DNA of 64,000 nucleotides, taken from the NCBI GenBank assembly GCA_036918135.1, contig JBALDB010000056.1, positions 32,001-96,000 of the forward strand, read 5' to 3'. This document shows positions 52,957 through 63,998 of this stretch, in pieces. The stretch's first letter is position 1. Every line of letters begins with the position of its first letter. The translations under genes and the position numbers were made by a program. The notes under the pieces were generated by a model. That model ran no database searches. It worked only from the letters and a program-made list of their open reading frames with translations, and had not been told where the DNA came from. The stretch is from Nostoc sp. Lineage in GTDB: Bacteria; Cyanobacteriota; Cyanobacteriia; Cyanobacteriales; Nostocaceae.

Positions 52957-53382
52957 CGCTATTCACAAGAAGTAAAGGTGCAATGTGCTATGCAGTGGCG
53001 AGCGCACTACTTAATCAACCTTGGTTACCAACATCATAGCAGCGCAATGCCCCATAAACAATTCAAGATGCTGTACCCTCAGCAGTAACACACCCTACAA
53101 TTTATATTTCTTCACACATTGAATTTTGCTCGCTGACTTAGTTATTGCATCCAAACGAGAACCGCTATAGAAGTAAAAGTGCGATCGTTGCAACAACATT
53201 GTAGTTTTCGTACAACTTAAACACAATATTATTTGGCTGAAAATCAAGTTTTGGCGCTCAAATTCAGAAAAATCACGGGCATAAATAAAAACTTTGACTA
53301 CAAAAAATGCGCTTTTTGCTGAACCATAATACAGGTTAATTGAGACAAAATAGCTCTAGAAAGCTCTTAAAAGTAGAAACTT

Positions 53383-53778
53383 ATGTCTCGACAAAAACGT
53401 AGTTCCCGGATTCTAGAAAAAGCTCAGTTTAGAGTTGCCGGATTGAAAGCTATCGATCCAAATATTAATTTTGATGATACTTATAACTTGCGAAACTTGA
53501 CTCAATTAATAGAAAACTTTCACAATATGCTTGATAATTATAATGCTGATATAGCTATGATTGACTCTTCTAGAAAAAAGCTGGATGAGATGGAAAAAAC
53601 CTTAGGTCACGTTTCAGACAAAATGCTGACATGGGTTGGTTGTAAGTATGGTAAAAACAGCAATGAATATGAACTTGCAGGTGGTGTTCGAGACAGCGAA
53701 CGTATCCGTAAAAGCAGATTGACACGCTTAAAATCTAACATAGATAAAACATCAGATGAAAATGCTGTAACCGCCTAG
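53383..53778 (+). CDS. Hypothetical helical protein (131 aa)
   Basis: ORF with SRILEKA..R.AGLKAID and KYGKNSNEYELAGGVR motifs, recalled from a widespread uncharacterised family. Confidence 0.8.
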   Translation: MSRQKRSSRILEKAQFRVAGLKAIDPNINFDDTYNLRNLTQLIENFHNMLDNYNADIAMIDSSRKKLDEMEKTLGHVSDKMLTWVGCKYGKNSNEYELAGGVRDSERIRKSRLTRLKSNIDKTSDENAVTA

Positions 53779-53793
53779 TACCGCTACGCAAAA

Positions 53794-53821
53794 GTAGAGA
53801 CGCGATTAATCGCGTCTCTAC
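53794..53821. repeat. 28-bp perfect palindrome; near-identical copies at 49645-49672 and 50783-50810
   Basis: gtagagacgcgatt|aatcgcgtctctac. Confidence 0.85.
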
Positions 53822-54003
53822 AAAAGTCAAAAGGCTTATATAATCTGCATTTAACTTTTTTAAAATGGTATTTGTAAAAATTTAAGGTGTCCAGATAGCC
53901 GACTTATCAAAAAAGTCGGCTATCTATTCGATCGCGAATAATTTAGTACTGCTATATAATAAGACTTTGCATTAACCTATAACTTCCGAAATCTTAAAAT
54001 TGA

Positions 54004-54900
54004 ATGACCCGGTTCATACATGATAAATTTGCCAAAGACTATCTTGAAGAATTGCTAAAAGACTACGGAGAAGTCAAAGCATCAGAAAAAGTCTCAGGAG
54101 AGATTAAAGAAATAGATGTTTTCTTCACCCCTGCCAAACAGCAAAGCTCTAATTTAGAAATACTAGGTTTGCTAGGAAGATTTACGGAACATTCTGCACT
54201 CATAAAACTCTTCCGTAATCCAGCTTCTAACGATGAAATATGCGACTGTATTCTAAAATTATTAGAAGTAAAGGCTCTTTGACGACGAGAATCTAAAACC
54301 AATAAAACCAAACTTCAGGACTCGGAAATCCCTAAATTGTGGATTCTGACACCTACCGTATCTGAAACTAGGTTGTCTAGTTTTGGAACTATGCAACAAG
54401 CAGGTTGGTTACCAGGAGTACATTTTCTGCCAGATGCCTTGCGGACAGCAATTGTAGCAATACATCAACTCTCGCCAACACCGGAGACTTTATGGTTGAG
54501 ACTTTTGGGTAGAGGAAGCGTGCAGGCACAAGCAATTATTGAGTTGCAGGCCTTACCATTAGATCATCCATATCAAAAAGCAACCCTGGAATTAGTTTAC
54601 AACTTGCGTGAAAATTTAAGAGTAAATCAAGAGTTAGAAGCAGATGATAGGGAGTTAATTATGCGACTAGAACCACTTTATCAAAGAGACAGAGAACAAG
54701 CCAAAGAAGAAGGAAGACAAGAAGGAGAAAGAGACTTAATACTGTGTCTACTCAATCGCCGTATTGGTGAAATTGATGCGTTATTAATCGAGCGAATTTC
54801 AGAATTATCGATTGACAAATTAGAAAACTTAGGAGAGGTGTTATTAGATTTTTCTAATATTGCTGATTTAAAAGCTTGGTTAAACCAACAATCAGAATAA
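54004..54900 (+). pseudogene. DUF4351/Rpn-like protein interrupted by an in-frame TGA at 54280-54282
   Basis: ORFs 54004-54282 and 54337-54900 share a frame; HDKFAK.YL, EIDV.F, LWILTPT, LENLGEVLLDF..L.AWL. Confidence 0.82.
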
Positions 54901-55136
54901 ATTATCACTAAATTAATTAATTTATAACCAAGTTGGAGTTTACAGCAACACTAAACAAGTTTGTTCGTAGTCTATAAAAAGTTAAAAATATTTGATTGAC
55001 GAAAACTAAACTTTAAGTATAAAACTAAAAGGCTAATAAGAGATTACCAGTAAGGCTTTCACTCATAAAAATAAGGTAAACTTTTATAGCTAACCCCTGC
55101 CTAAAAATATTTCATAATTAAAGGTAGAACATCCCA

Positions 55137-57782
55137 ATGGAGAATATAAAAATGCTAGAACAATACCGTCAACATGTTGCGGAACGCGCCCAACTCGGTA
55201 TTCCCCCTTTACCATTGGATGCGAAGCAAACCTCAGAATTATGTGAATTACTGAAGAATCCGCCCAAAGGTGAAAAAGATAGATTATTGCATTTATTAAG
55301 CGATCGCGTCCCTCCTGGTGTTGATGCAGCCGCTTATGTAAAAGCTGGATTTCTCACCGCTATTGCCAAGGAAGAAATTACCAGTCCTTTGATTTCGCCT
55401 ATAGAAGCGGTGCAATTGCTGGGCACAATGGTAGGCGGTTATAATGTGCAAGCTTTAATTGATTTGCTGCAATTGCCCACTGTATCTGTATCAGATTCTT
55501 CCGAAACACCTCTGGTAATGGGAGGACAAGGAAAGGAACCCATCGCCGCTTACGCTGCCAATGCCTTGAGTAAAATCCTCTTAGTGTATGATGCTTTCCA
55601 TGATGTTTTGGAATTGTCGAAAACCAATCCTTTTGCTAAGCAGGTAATTGACTCTTGGGCGGAAGCTGAGTGGTTTACTGTTCGCCCGACTGTACCAGAA
55701 GCGATTACTGTTACCGTTTTTAAAGTTCCTGGCGAAACCAACACTGATGACTTATCCCCTGCCCAAAGCGCCACAACTCGCCCAGATATTCCCTTACACG
55801 CCCTAGTGATGTTAGAGTCACGCCAACCGGGAAGTTTACAAACCATTGCCGAACTGAAAAAGCAAGGACATCCTGTAGCTTACGTGGGAGATGTGGTTGG
55901 TACGGGTTCCTCCCGGAAATCTGCTATCAATTCGGTGTTGTGGCACATGGGAAATAATATACCTTTTGTGCCCAATAAACGCGCTGGGGGATATATTTTA
56001 GGTAGTGCGATCGCGCCTATCTTCTTTAACACAGCTGAAGATGCCGGTGCTTTGCCTATCCAGTGCGATGTCACCAAACTAGAAACTGGCATGGTAATTA
56101 CCATCCATCCTTACAAAGGCGAAATCACAAACCAAGCAGGCGAAGTTATTTCTACCTTCAGCCTCAAACCAGATACCATCCTCGATGAAGTCCGCGCAGG
56201 TGGACGCATCCCCCTACTTATCGGGCGTACCCTCACCGATAAAACCCGCCAAGCACTCGGTTTAGAACCCAGCACCGTTTTTATCCGTCCCCAACAACCA
56301 AGCGATACAGGCAAAGGCTACACCCTAGCCCAAAAAATCGTCGGTAAAGCTTGCGGATTAGCTGGTGTGCGTCCTGGTACATCTTGCGAACCAATCATGA
56401 CTACCGTTGGTTCCCAGGATACCACAGGCCCTATGACCCGCGACGAATTGAAAGAACTCGCTTGTTTGGGTTTCAGTGCAGACTTAGTAATGCAGAGTTT
56501 TTGTCACACAGCAGCTTATCCCAAACCAGTAGACATTAAAACTCACCACGAACTCCCCGACTTCTTCGCCCAACGTGGCGGTGTCGCCTTGCGTCCCGGT
56601 GATGGTATTATCCACTCTTGGTTAAACCGGATGCTGCTACCCGACACCGTGGGAACTGGCGGCGACTCCCACACCCGTTTTCCCTTAGGAATTTCCTTCC
56701 CTGCCGGTTCTGGGTTAGTGGCGTTTGCTGCGGCGTTGGGCGTCATGCCTCTGGATATGCCAGAGTCAGTTTTGGTAAGATTCAAAGGTGAATTACAACC
56801 CGGTGTCACCCTGCGAGATATTGTGAATGCCATTCCCTACGTTGCAATTCAAAAAGGTTTGCTAACAGTCGAAAAGCAAAACAAGAAAAATGTCTTCTCT
56901 GGGCGAATTTTAGAAATTGAAGGTTTGCCAGATTTAAAAGTGGAACAAGCCTTTGAACTCGCCGACGCAACCGCTGAACGTTCATGTGCGGGTTCTACCA
57001 TTAAGCTGAGTGTAGAGACAATTTCTGAATATCTGCGTTCTAACGTCGCACTTTTGAAAAACATGATTGCGCGGGGCTATCACGATGCGCGTACCATTCT
57101 CCGCCGCATTGCCAAAATGGAAGAATGGTTAGCAAATCCCGTGTTATTAGCAGCCGATACGGATGCGGAGTATGCCGAAATTATTGAAATTGATTTGAAC
57201 GAAATCAAAGAACCAATTGTTGCTGCTCCCAATGACCCCGATAATGTTAAATTATTATCGTCAGTTGCTAATGACCCAGTGCAAGAAGTATTCGTCGGTT
57301 CATGTATGACGAATATCGGTCATTATCGGGCAACAGCGAAAGTTTTGGAAGGTGCTGGTGAAGTAAAAACCCGCCTGTGGATAGCACCACCAACCCGCAT
57401 GGATGAACATCAATTAAAAGAAGAAGGAATGTATGCGATTTTTGGGGCTGCGGGTGCAAGGACAGAAATGGCAGGATGCAGTTTGTGTATGGGAAATCAG
57501 GCGCGAGTTGCTGATGCTACAACAGTGTTTTCAACCTCTACCCGCAACTTTAATAATCGCATGGGTAAAGATGCGCGAGTGTATCTTGGTTCAGCAGAAT
57601 TAGCCGCAGTTTGTGCGCTGTTAGGACGCATTCCCACTGTGCAGGAATATTTAGATATTGTGGCGAAGAAGATTAATCCTTTTGCTGATGATTTGTATCG
57701 CTATTTGAACTTCGATCAAATCGTTGGTTTTGAAGACGAAGGGCGAGTGATTTCAAAAGAAGAACAAGCTTTGTTGGTCTAA
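55137..57782 (+). CDS. acnB: Aconitate hydratase B (start may be 55152)
   Basis: [55 protein letters not shown]. Confidence 0.97.
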   Translation: MENIKMLEQYRQHVAERAQLGIPPLPLDAKQTSELCELLKNPPKGEKDRLLHLLSDRVPPGVDAAAYVKAGFLTAIAKEEITSPLISPIEAVQLLGTMVGGYNVQALIDLLQLPTVSVSDSSETPLVMGGQGKEPIAAYAANALSKILLVYDAFHDVLELSKTNPFAKQVIDSWAEAEWFTVRPTVPEAITVTVFKVPGETNTDDLSPAQSATTRPDIPLHALVMLESRQPGSLQTIAELKKQGHPVAYVGDVVGTGSSRKSAINSVLWHMGNNIPFVPNKRAGGYILGSAIAPIFFNTAEDAGALPIQCDVTKLETGMVITIHPYKGEITNQAGEVISTFSLKPDTILDEVRAGGRIPLLIGRTLTDKTRQALGLEPSTVFIRPQQPSDTGKGYTLAQKIVGKACGLAGVRPGTSCEPIMTTVGSQDTTGPMTRDELKELACLGFSADLVMQSFCHTAAYPKPVDIKTHHELPDFFAQRGGVALRPGDGIIHSWLNRMLLPDTVGTGGDSHTRFPLGISFPAGSGLVAFAAALGVMPLDMPESVLVRFKGELQPGVTLRDIVNAIPYVAIQKGLLTVEKQNKKNVFSGRILEIEGLPDLKVEQAFELADATAERSCAGSTIKLSVETISEYLRSNVALLKNMIARGYHDARTILRRIAKMEEWLANPVLLAADTDAEYAEIIEIDLNEIKEPIVAAPNDPDNVKLLSSVANDPVQEVFVGSCMTNIGHYRATAKVLEGAGEVKTRLWIAPPTRMDEHQLKEEGMYAIFGAAGARTEMAGCSLCMGNQARVADATTVFSTSTRNFNNRMGKDARVYLGSAELAAVCALLGRIPTVQEYLDIVAKKINPFADDLYRYLNFDQIVGFEDEGRVISKEEQALLV

Positions 57783-57790
57783 TCTAAATT

Positions 57791-57814
57791 AAGGTGGGCT
57801 TTTTGGCTCACCTT
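57791..57814 (+). terminator. Hairpin after acnB
   Basis: aaggtgggc-ttttt-ggctcacctt. Confidence 0.5.
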
Positions 57815-57853
57815 CACTTTAAATGTATAGTATTGGAGAACTAATAAAATCAT

Positions 57854-58306
57854 ATGGATGCTTTATCTGTCAATACCCAAAATCTATACAACCGAGACTT
57901 TTATTTATGGATACAAACAATCGTCCAGCAGTTAAAGGAACATAAATTTGATGAACTAGATATACATAATTTAATTGAAGAAGTTGAAAGTACGGGGAGA
58001 AGTGAAAAACGTGAATTAAAAAGTCGATTTGTCGTACTATTAATACACTTAATTAAATGGCAATATCAGCCGGAAAAACGAAGTGAAAGTTGGCGCAGTA
58101 CCATTTCTGAACAACGTATCTGTATTGAACTATTATTAGAAGATAGCCCTAGTTTACAACCTTTAATTGCAGAAGTATTTGAAGATTGTTATCAAAAAGC
58201 TCGTCTCAAAGCATCTGACGAAACAGGCATTAAATTAAATTTTTTTCCTAAAGAATCTCCTTTTACTTTAGAAGAAACTCTTAATAATTATTTCTTAAGT
58301 AAATAA
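57854..58306 (+). CDS. DUF29 family protein
   Basis: LY..DFYLW, NLIEEVES.GRSEK, HLIKWQYQPEKRS.SW, DSPSL. Confidence 0.9.
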   Translation: MDALSVNTQNLYNRDFYLWIQTIVQQLKEHKFDELDIHNLIEEVESTGRSEKRELKSRFVVLLIHLIKWQYQPEKRSESWRSTISEQRICIELLLEDSPSLQPLIAEVFEDCYQKARLKASDETGIKLNFFPKESPFTLEETLNNYFLSK

Positions 58307-58400
58307 TTAAAAGAGGTTGGGTACTGCCCACCTGAAACTATAATTTTAATAAATAAAAGCTGATGGTTTTTTATACATACCTTTTGGATTTATTTAATTC

Positions 58401-58652
58401 ATACCAGCAAAAGATCTATACCATGATGTTGTTAAACAAGCACTAATTAAAGATGGCTGGAAACAAGGAAAGAGAGTTAAAGGAATTTCTGTTTATACTC
58501 GTATTAAGAATAACAAGATTTACATTGAAGAAGATTGGACTGAGGAAGGAATAGCAACTGAGTTAATACGGTTAGGTGTTCTGGCTAATGATATTGTGCT
58601 AGCTTCTCAGCCAACAGAGGTGAGACAATACACCGATTTTGCAAAAGCTTAA
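58401..58652 (+). pseudogene. xisH-xisI deletion fusion
   Basis: (ATA)[19 protein letters not shown] (XisH N-terminus) runs in frame into [45 protein letters not shown] (XisI C-terminus). Confidence 0.8.
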
Positions 58653-58712
58653 AATATGAGCTAATAATAATTGCTTTAACTTACTGATAGGCTTATAAGA
58701 ATACATTAACAC

Positions 58713-58735
58713 AGCCCGCAATTTCGGGCTTTTTT
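58713..58735 (+). terminator. Rho-independent terminator
   Basis: agcccg-caattt-cgggct-ttttt. Confidence 0.7.
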
Positions 58736-58850
58736 AATTTATGTCTTTTTCCGAATTATTACTGATGTCGATGTTTTTAGATAAGCAATAATCTGAATTT
58801 AAGGCTTGTTTGCCAGCAAATTTATACAATTTTTATTTTAGGCATAATAA

Positions 58851-59273
58851 ATGTCAACACTATTACCTTCTGAAGAAAATATTACAAGACTCAAGGTTCA
58901 ACCAACGTTAGGAGAAAAACATTTACTCTCTTTTTTAAAAGACCTTCTCCCTAACAATTATGAAATATACTATCAACCCTTTTTGAATGGAGATAGACCA
59001 GATATTATTATCATGCGAAAGAATTTTAAGGTCATGCTCATAGAAGTTAAAGACTGGGATTTAGATTCTTACTACATAGATCCTAATAAAAAATTGAGAT
59101 TAAAACATAATAATTCAATTATTAAATCACCTATTGAGCAGGTCAAAGCTTACAAAGATAATTTATATAATTTGCATATTGAGAACTTACTTGAAAAAAA
59201 ATGGATAATCATAAATTTTTTGGTATTGTTTCTTGTGCAATTTACTTTCACAATCAAAATCAAGAGACATTAA
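58851..59273 (+). CDS. NERD-like nuclease domain; N-terminal part of a frameshifted nuclease-helicase
   Basis: GE..L, QPFLNGDRPDII..IEVKDW, SPIEQVKAY. Confidence 0.78.
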   Translation: MSTLLPSEENITRLKVQPTLGEKHLLSFLKDLLPNNYEIYYQPFLNGDRPDIIIMRKNFKVMLIEVKDWDLDSYYIDPNKKLRLKHNNSIIKSPIEQVKAYKDNLYNLHIENLLEKKWIIINFLVLFLVQFTFTIKIKRH

Positions 59274-60739
59274 GAAGTTTTATAGAAAATGCTTTTGAAT
59301 CGGAAAATGATAAAAATTTCATAAAAATCTTTGGTTATGACTCTATAAATATTCAAAAATTTAGGGTTATTCTTAGCGAACAAGGGCTTTATAGCCCATC
59401 ATCACATTTTGATGATGAAATATACAATAGTTTCAAGCGCTATCTTCAACCACCACTCCATACTTTGGAAGAAGGAATAATAATTAATTTTAACGCGCAA
59501 CAAAAAAGATTAGTAAAAAGTGAGGCTACTATTGCAGGAAGAAAGATTAAAGGAGTGGCTGGTTCTGGCAAAACACAGATATTGGCACAAAGAGCAGTTA
59601 ATGCACATAAAAGAACTGGTAGTAAAGTTTTAATTTTGACTTATAATATAACTCTTAAAAATTATATTCACGATAAAATCAGTGATGTAAAAGAAGAATT
59701 TAGTTGGGATGGCTTCTATATAACTAATTATCATAATTTTTTGAAAGCAGAATTCAATAATTTAGGTATAGAAATTGAGATTCCACGAAACTTCAAAAAT
59801 TGGACTAATCAGCAAAAAAGAGATTATTTTGAGAGCAAGTACTACTCAAATAAAGAAATATTTGAACAAGTGAAAAATAAAATAATCAAGTATAAAGCTA
59901 TTTTAATAGATGAACTTCAAGATTATAAAGAAGAATGGCAACAAATAATAAGAAAATATTTTTGGGATGAAAGTGGTGAATATGTAGTATTTGGTGATGT
60001 TAAGCAAAATATTTATCACAGACCATTAGATGAATATCATGATTTCAAAGCAGTAGGTATACCTAGTGAATGGAATGTTCTTAATAAATCATTTAGACTG
60101 AACACTAAAATAGCAAATATAGCCTTGGCTTTTCAAAGATATTTTTTTACTGACAAGTATCAACTAGATCAAATCATGACAACTCATTTACAGCCCAGTA
60201 TTTTCGAGCTAGAGGAATATTATCAATATGCTTACTATGAGAAATCAACTCCTATAACAAAGATAGTTGATGATATTTTTTCATTAATATTAAAATTAGG
60301 TAAACATCCCAATGATATTGGTTTTTTATCATCACAAATAGAAATTTTAAGAGAAATAGATTATTTAATTAGAACTAAAAAACATGAAAAAACTCAGAAA
60401 ATGTTTGAAAACAAGGAGATGTATGACAAACTCAAAAGCAATAGTAGCAATTTTGAAAGCGATATAAATAAAATTAGAGACAATAAAAAATTTAATTTTT
60501 GGAGCAATGCTGGATGTATAAAAATATCTACTATTCATAGTTTTAAAGGTTGGGAAATAAATACACTTTTTCTAATTATTGAGGCTGGTGATAATGAAAA
60601 TAACACACATGAGGGTTCAATAGATGAATTAGTATATACTGGTTTTACAAGATGTAGACATAATTTGATAATAATTAATATTGCAAATTCTCGATATCAC
60701 ATTTTCTTTAAAGAACTTATTGATGATCATTTATTTTAA
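59201..60739 (+). CDS. SF1 (UvrD-like) helicase/ATPase; C-terminal part of the frameshifted gene
   Basis: GVAGSGKT, LTYN, LIDELQD, FGDVKQNIY, STIHSFKGWE, YTGFTR. Confidence 0.85.
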   Translation: MDNHKFFGIVSCAIYFHNQNQETLRSFIENAFESENDKNFIKIFGYDSINIQKFRVILSEQGLYSPSSHFDDEIYNSFKRYLQPPLHTLEEGIIINFNAQQKRLVKSEATIAGRKIKGVAGSGKTQILAQRAVNAHKRTGSKVLILTYNITLKNYIHDKISDVKEEFSWDGFYITNYHNFLKAEFNNLGIEIEIPRNFKNWTNQQKRDYFESKYYSNKEIFEQVKNKIIKYKAILIDELQDYKEEWQQIIRKYFWDESGEYVVFGDVKQNIYHRPLDEYHDFKAVGIPSEWNVLNKSFRLNTKIANIALAFQRYFFTDKYQLDQIMTTHLQPSIFELEEYYQYAYYEKSTPITKIVDDIFSLILKLGKHPNDIGFLSSQIEILREIDYLIRTKKHEKTQKMFENKEMYDKLKSNSSNFESDINKIRDNKKFNFWSNAGCIKISTIHSFKGWEINTLFLIIEAGDNENNTHEGSIDELVYTGFTRCRHNLIIINIANSRYHIFFKELIDDHLF

Positions 60740-60989
60740 AATCTACGAAATGATTAGGATAATAAAGCGCTATCGCACTCTTAATTCTTAGATGGGTAAA
60801 CGTAGCCCGTCGTAAACATCAGTCATTGGTTTGCGCGAAACTGTAACCAATACTGTTCACACACTTTATAAAATGGGTTTTGCTGAGATTAATGAATGAA
60901 GTCCACTTTTACCTGCTTCTGAACCAGGAAAAGTGATGAAGATTTTAACCCGCAGCGTTCCCATAGACTAACAATTGTATTTGTAATAT

Positions 60990-61020
60990 TATGGAGCGAT
61001 GTCTACGATATCGCTCCATA
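60990..61020. terminator. Hairpin between convergent genes
   Basis: tatggagcgat-gtctacgat-atcgctccata. Confidence 0.5.
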
Positions 61021-61067
61021 AATTCTTAACAAAGAATATTCTGAATTTAGCCAGAAAAACTTGATAG

Positions 61068-63041
61068 CTATCTCTTGCTCAGACTAGATAAACTTTCCTC
61101 TACCTCAGCACGATCGCTTGCATCGGGATTGAGCCGAAGATAAGTCTGGAGGTCGGCAGATGCAGCATCAGATTGACCTAAACTAATTAATACGATCGCC
61201 CGATTTTGATAGAAGTCTGGATTATCTGGTAATAAAGCGATCGCAGCTGATAAATCGCTCAAAGCTTCTGGTAGTTGTCCGAGTTCGTAGTGAAGTGTGG
61301 CTCGATTTGCTAATAATAAAGGTTGCTGTGAATTTAAAGCAAGTGCCGCATTATAATCTAATAAAGCTGCTTCCAGATGTCCCCACGCTTCAAATGCTTG
61401 AGCGCGACCAATTAATGCTGGAGTTAGAGTAGGTTCTAAATCAAGAGCAACTGAATAAGCCTTAGTTGCTTCTTCGAGTAGACCTTTTGAGTAATAGCAA
61501 TGTCCGATATTCATCCATACTTCATAGTATGGTGGGCTAAGCTCAATAGCTTGCTGGTAATCGTTCAAAGCATTTTCTAAAAGACCGAGGCGTTGGTAAA
61601 CATTACCGCGATCGTTGTAGTACTCTGAGTAGTTTGGATCGGCGGCGATGGCAGCTGTAAAATAAATCACAGCTTCTTCTAATTCACCCATTGCTGCGTA
61701 AACTTGAGCAATGTTATAGTCCAAAACTGAGCGATGTAATCGATGTTGACCTTCACTCAAATGATTTTTGAACTCTTCAATTGCAGACTTACAAAGTGCG
61801 ATTGCTTCTTCAGGAAAACCTTGACGGTGTTTAACAAGTGCTAAACCGTTCATATCAAAAGCAGTCATAAAATGCCTATCATCAGCTGGAATATCCGAAG
61901 TTGATTCTGCTAAGATACTCAGACTGCGATTGAGATAATCTTCAGCTAAAGCATGGTCATGTTCTGGTAAAAACCGAGTATGGAACATTGCCATTATGTA
62001 ATAAGCTCGAACTAATTGCGCTGGTGCATCAAGTTTGAGGAGAGCTTCTTCTTGAACAATTTGATATGCCTTCGTAATATTTCCTGTTGTTGCATAGCAG
62101 TTAAAAAGATTCCCAACCATATTCCAGCGCATGTTATTGTCTTTTCCACAAAGACGCTCAAGTTGAGTAGCAACAGGTTCGCAATATACTAACGCATCTT
62201 CATAAAAACCTTGGTGATTATAAATTCCCAAGAGTCTTGCTTGCCAAATCAATGCTTTTTCAGGTTCGTCAGTTTGTAACCAACAGGAAATTAGTCGCGG
62301 CCCGTGAATTTCAAGTTCAATAGGATCTCTACCAATTTGTTCTTCCAACTTTTGCGCCAGTTGGGACATTCTTTCGGAGAAAATTACTACTTCTGGTTCG
62401 GGTGGTAATTGTAAGCTAATCTTTTGTGCCAAAAACTGATGATTTAAGTGAGTAATGGCAGTTTCACCCCTATTAGGAGCAGTAGCAAAAAGTAAACTTA
62501 AGTTTAATTTTTCTCCCCGACGACGAATGAGTTCAGCAAAAAAGCGACGTACTAAAAATCCTGCTCGCTCATAATTATTACAAGCAACCAACCAAGGAGA
62601 ACCATCGGTGTAATCATACCAGGAATCTAGTAAATTGATTACCCCATGTATGATTCTATAAGCTCGGTCTAAAGGATAATTACGAACCCTTTCATCATCC
62701 ACAGAACTGTCTGTTAAATTCGGGTTTTTTACCGATATTTGACGCCTTAATGCAGGCAGAATCATTGCTAATTCATAGCTATGTTTGTCAATCAGATGTG
62801 GTGCTTTTGCTTGAATATCTGGTAAAAGTTGATTTAGCCATTGATTTAATCCAGCCCATAACCCATCTTCTTGGGGATTAAATGATAGTAGCCAAGTTTT
62901 TGCTTTATTTTCTTGACCTACCTGTAACCATTGCTGCAAAATTTCTAACCTAGAACTACCCGATTCTGCCTCTAGCAAAATCACCTTACCTATTTCTGGT
63001 TGTTGTAAAATAGCTTGTTCGAGAGTATTGTGGCGCTTCAT
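61068..63041 (-). CDS. TPR protein with a degenerate NTPase-like N-terminal domain
   Basis: C-terminal TPRs (YYNDRGNVY..LG, NRATLH, NRAIVL); N-terminal VILLEAESGSSR resembles a decayed Walker A. Confidence 0.85.
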   Translation of the reverse strand: MKRHNTLEQAILQQPEIGKVILLEAESGSSRLEILQQWLQVGQENKAKTWLLSFNPQEDGLWAGLNQWLNQLLPDIQAKAPHLIDKHSYELAMILPALRRQISVKNPNLTDSSVDDERVRNYPLDRAYRIIHGVINLLDSWYDYTDGSPWLVACNNYERAGFLVRRFFAELIRRRGEKLNLSLLFATAPNRGETAITHLNHQFLAQKISLQLPPEPEVVIFSERMSQLAQKLEEQIGRDPIELEIHGPRLISCWLQTDEPEKALIWQARLLGIYNHQGFYEDALVYCEPVATQLERLCGKDNNMRWNMVGNLFNCYATTGNITKAYQIVQEEALLKLDAPAQLVRAYYIMAMFHTRFLPEHDHALAEDYLNRSLSILAESTSDIPADDRHFMTAFDMNGLALVKHRQGFPEEAIALCKSAIEEFKNHLSEGQHRLHRSVLDYNIAQVYAAMGELEEAVIYFTAAIAADPNYSEYYNDRGNVYQRLGLLENALNDYQQAIELSPPYYEVWMNIGHCYYSKGLLEEATKAYSVALDLEPTLTPALIGRAQAFEAWGHLEAALLDYNAALALNSQQPLLLANRATLHYELGQLPEALSDLSAAIALLPDNPDFYQNRAIVLISLGQSDAASADLQTYLRLNPDASDRAEVEESLSSLSKR

Positions 63042-63044
63042 AAT

Positions 63045-63998
63045 TTATCTCCTTTTAGTAAGACGTAAACTGTTAATCCAAAGAAAAATACCAATACCTT
63101 GAATTCCAAAAACTAGCAATCCCATTACTAAGGCATCGGTGAAGGCATAAGGATTAGATTGATACCCTGCACTCAACGTGCCTAAAAGTAAGGAAGCATA
63201 ATTCCACATGGTTGGAATACCGATGAAAAACAACGACCAAAATGCAGCGATGTGACCTAAAATGTAGACAACTGCGTAACAGCGAATCACTCGCATCTCG
63301 CCTTTAGGAATAGACGATTGGTCAGTGGGATGAGAAAATCTGAGTAATCGAAATATTTGGTTTTGTAGGAAAACCTTTGTATCCTTCATCAGACTTCTAC
63401 ATCTAAAAAAATTCGCAATTACGTAGTAAAAATCAGTCCGAACAAAGAAATAGCATTGCCAAAGTAAACCAAGTAGATAACTTAAAGCGATCGCTTGCAT
63501 TAGCTGTGAAACAATGGGGGATATTACTACCCATTTTTCTTGTTGAGCAAATAAAATCAATAGTAAAACAGAAGTTAATACAACATCTAGCAATGGCCCT
63601 GCAAGAAAAGGTAAATACCGCTGATTTCGTGGGACGCCCCATATCCCAGTCATATCTGTTTCTGCTACAAGTATCCAAAGGCGATTGCTTAACCTTAATT
63701 GACAAGAAACACCCACTGCTTTAGCAGCAACTAAATGAGCCATCTCATGTAGAAATACTGCGACAACATTAATTCCGGTTAAAATTAACGTCATCAAAGT
63801 GACATTTTTTGTAAATACAAAGGCTTGATAACCTGGCATAATTGCAGGTTTAAAGATAACAGCGACTAAAGCTAATAATATGACTAATGCATAACTAATT
63901 AATACTTTATAGCTAAATAACTGTTTTGCAGAAGATTGGGAAATCCAAGTGAAGTGATTTTTTTGCTTTGGTTGCTTAGTATATGTTGGTAAAACTGT
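63045..63998 (-). CDS. M50-like membrane zinc metalloprotease (YydH-like); 5' end outside the window
   Basis: HEMAH, FLAGP, RTDFYY; the frame stays open from 63839 to the window edge. Confidence 0.8.
   Translation of the reverse strand, partial: TVLPTYTKQPKQKNHFTWISQSSAKQLFSYKVLISYALVILLALVAVIFKPAIMPGYQAFVFTKNVTLMTLILTGINVVAVFLHEMAHLVAAKAVGVSCQLRLSNRLWILVAETDMTGIWGVPRNQRYLPFLAGPLLDVVLTSVLLLILFAQQEKWVVISPIVSQLMQAIALSYLLGLLWQCYFFVRTDFYYVIANFFRCRSLMKDTKVFLQNQIFRLLRFSHPTDQSSIPKGEMRVIRCYAVVYILGHIAAFWSLFFIGIPTMWNYASLLLGTLSAGYQSNPYAFTDALVMGLLVFGIQGIGIFLWINSLRLTKRR

Noticed and set aside
53085..53098. NtcA-like site GTA-N8-TAC
   Set aside because: No -10 element at the expected spacing, and it lies in repeat-like sequence
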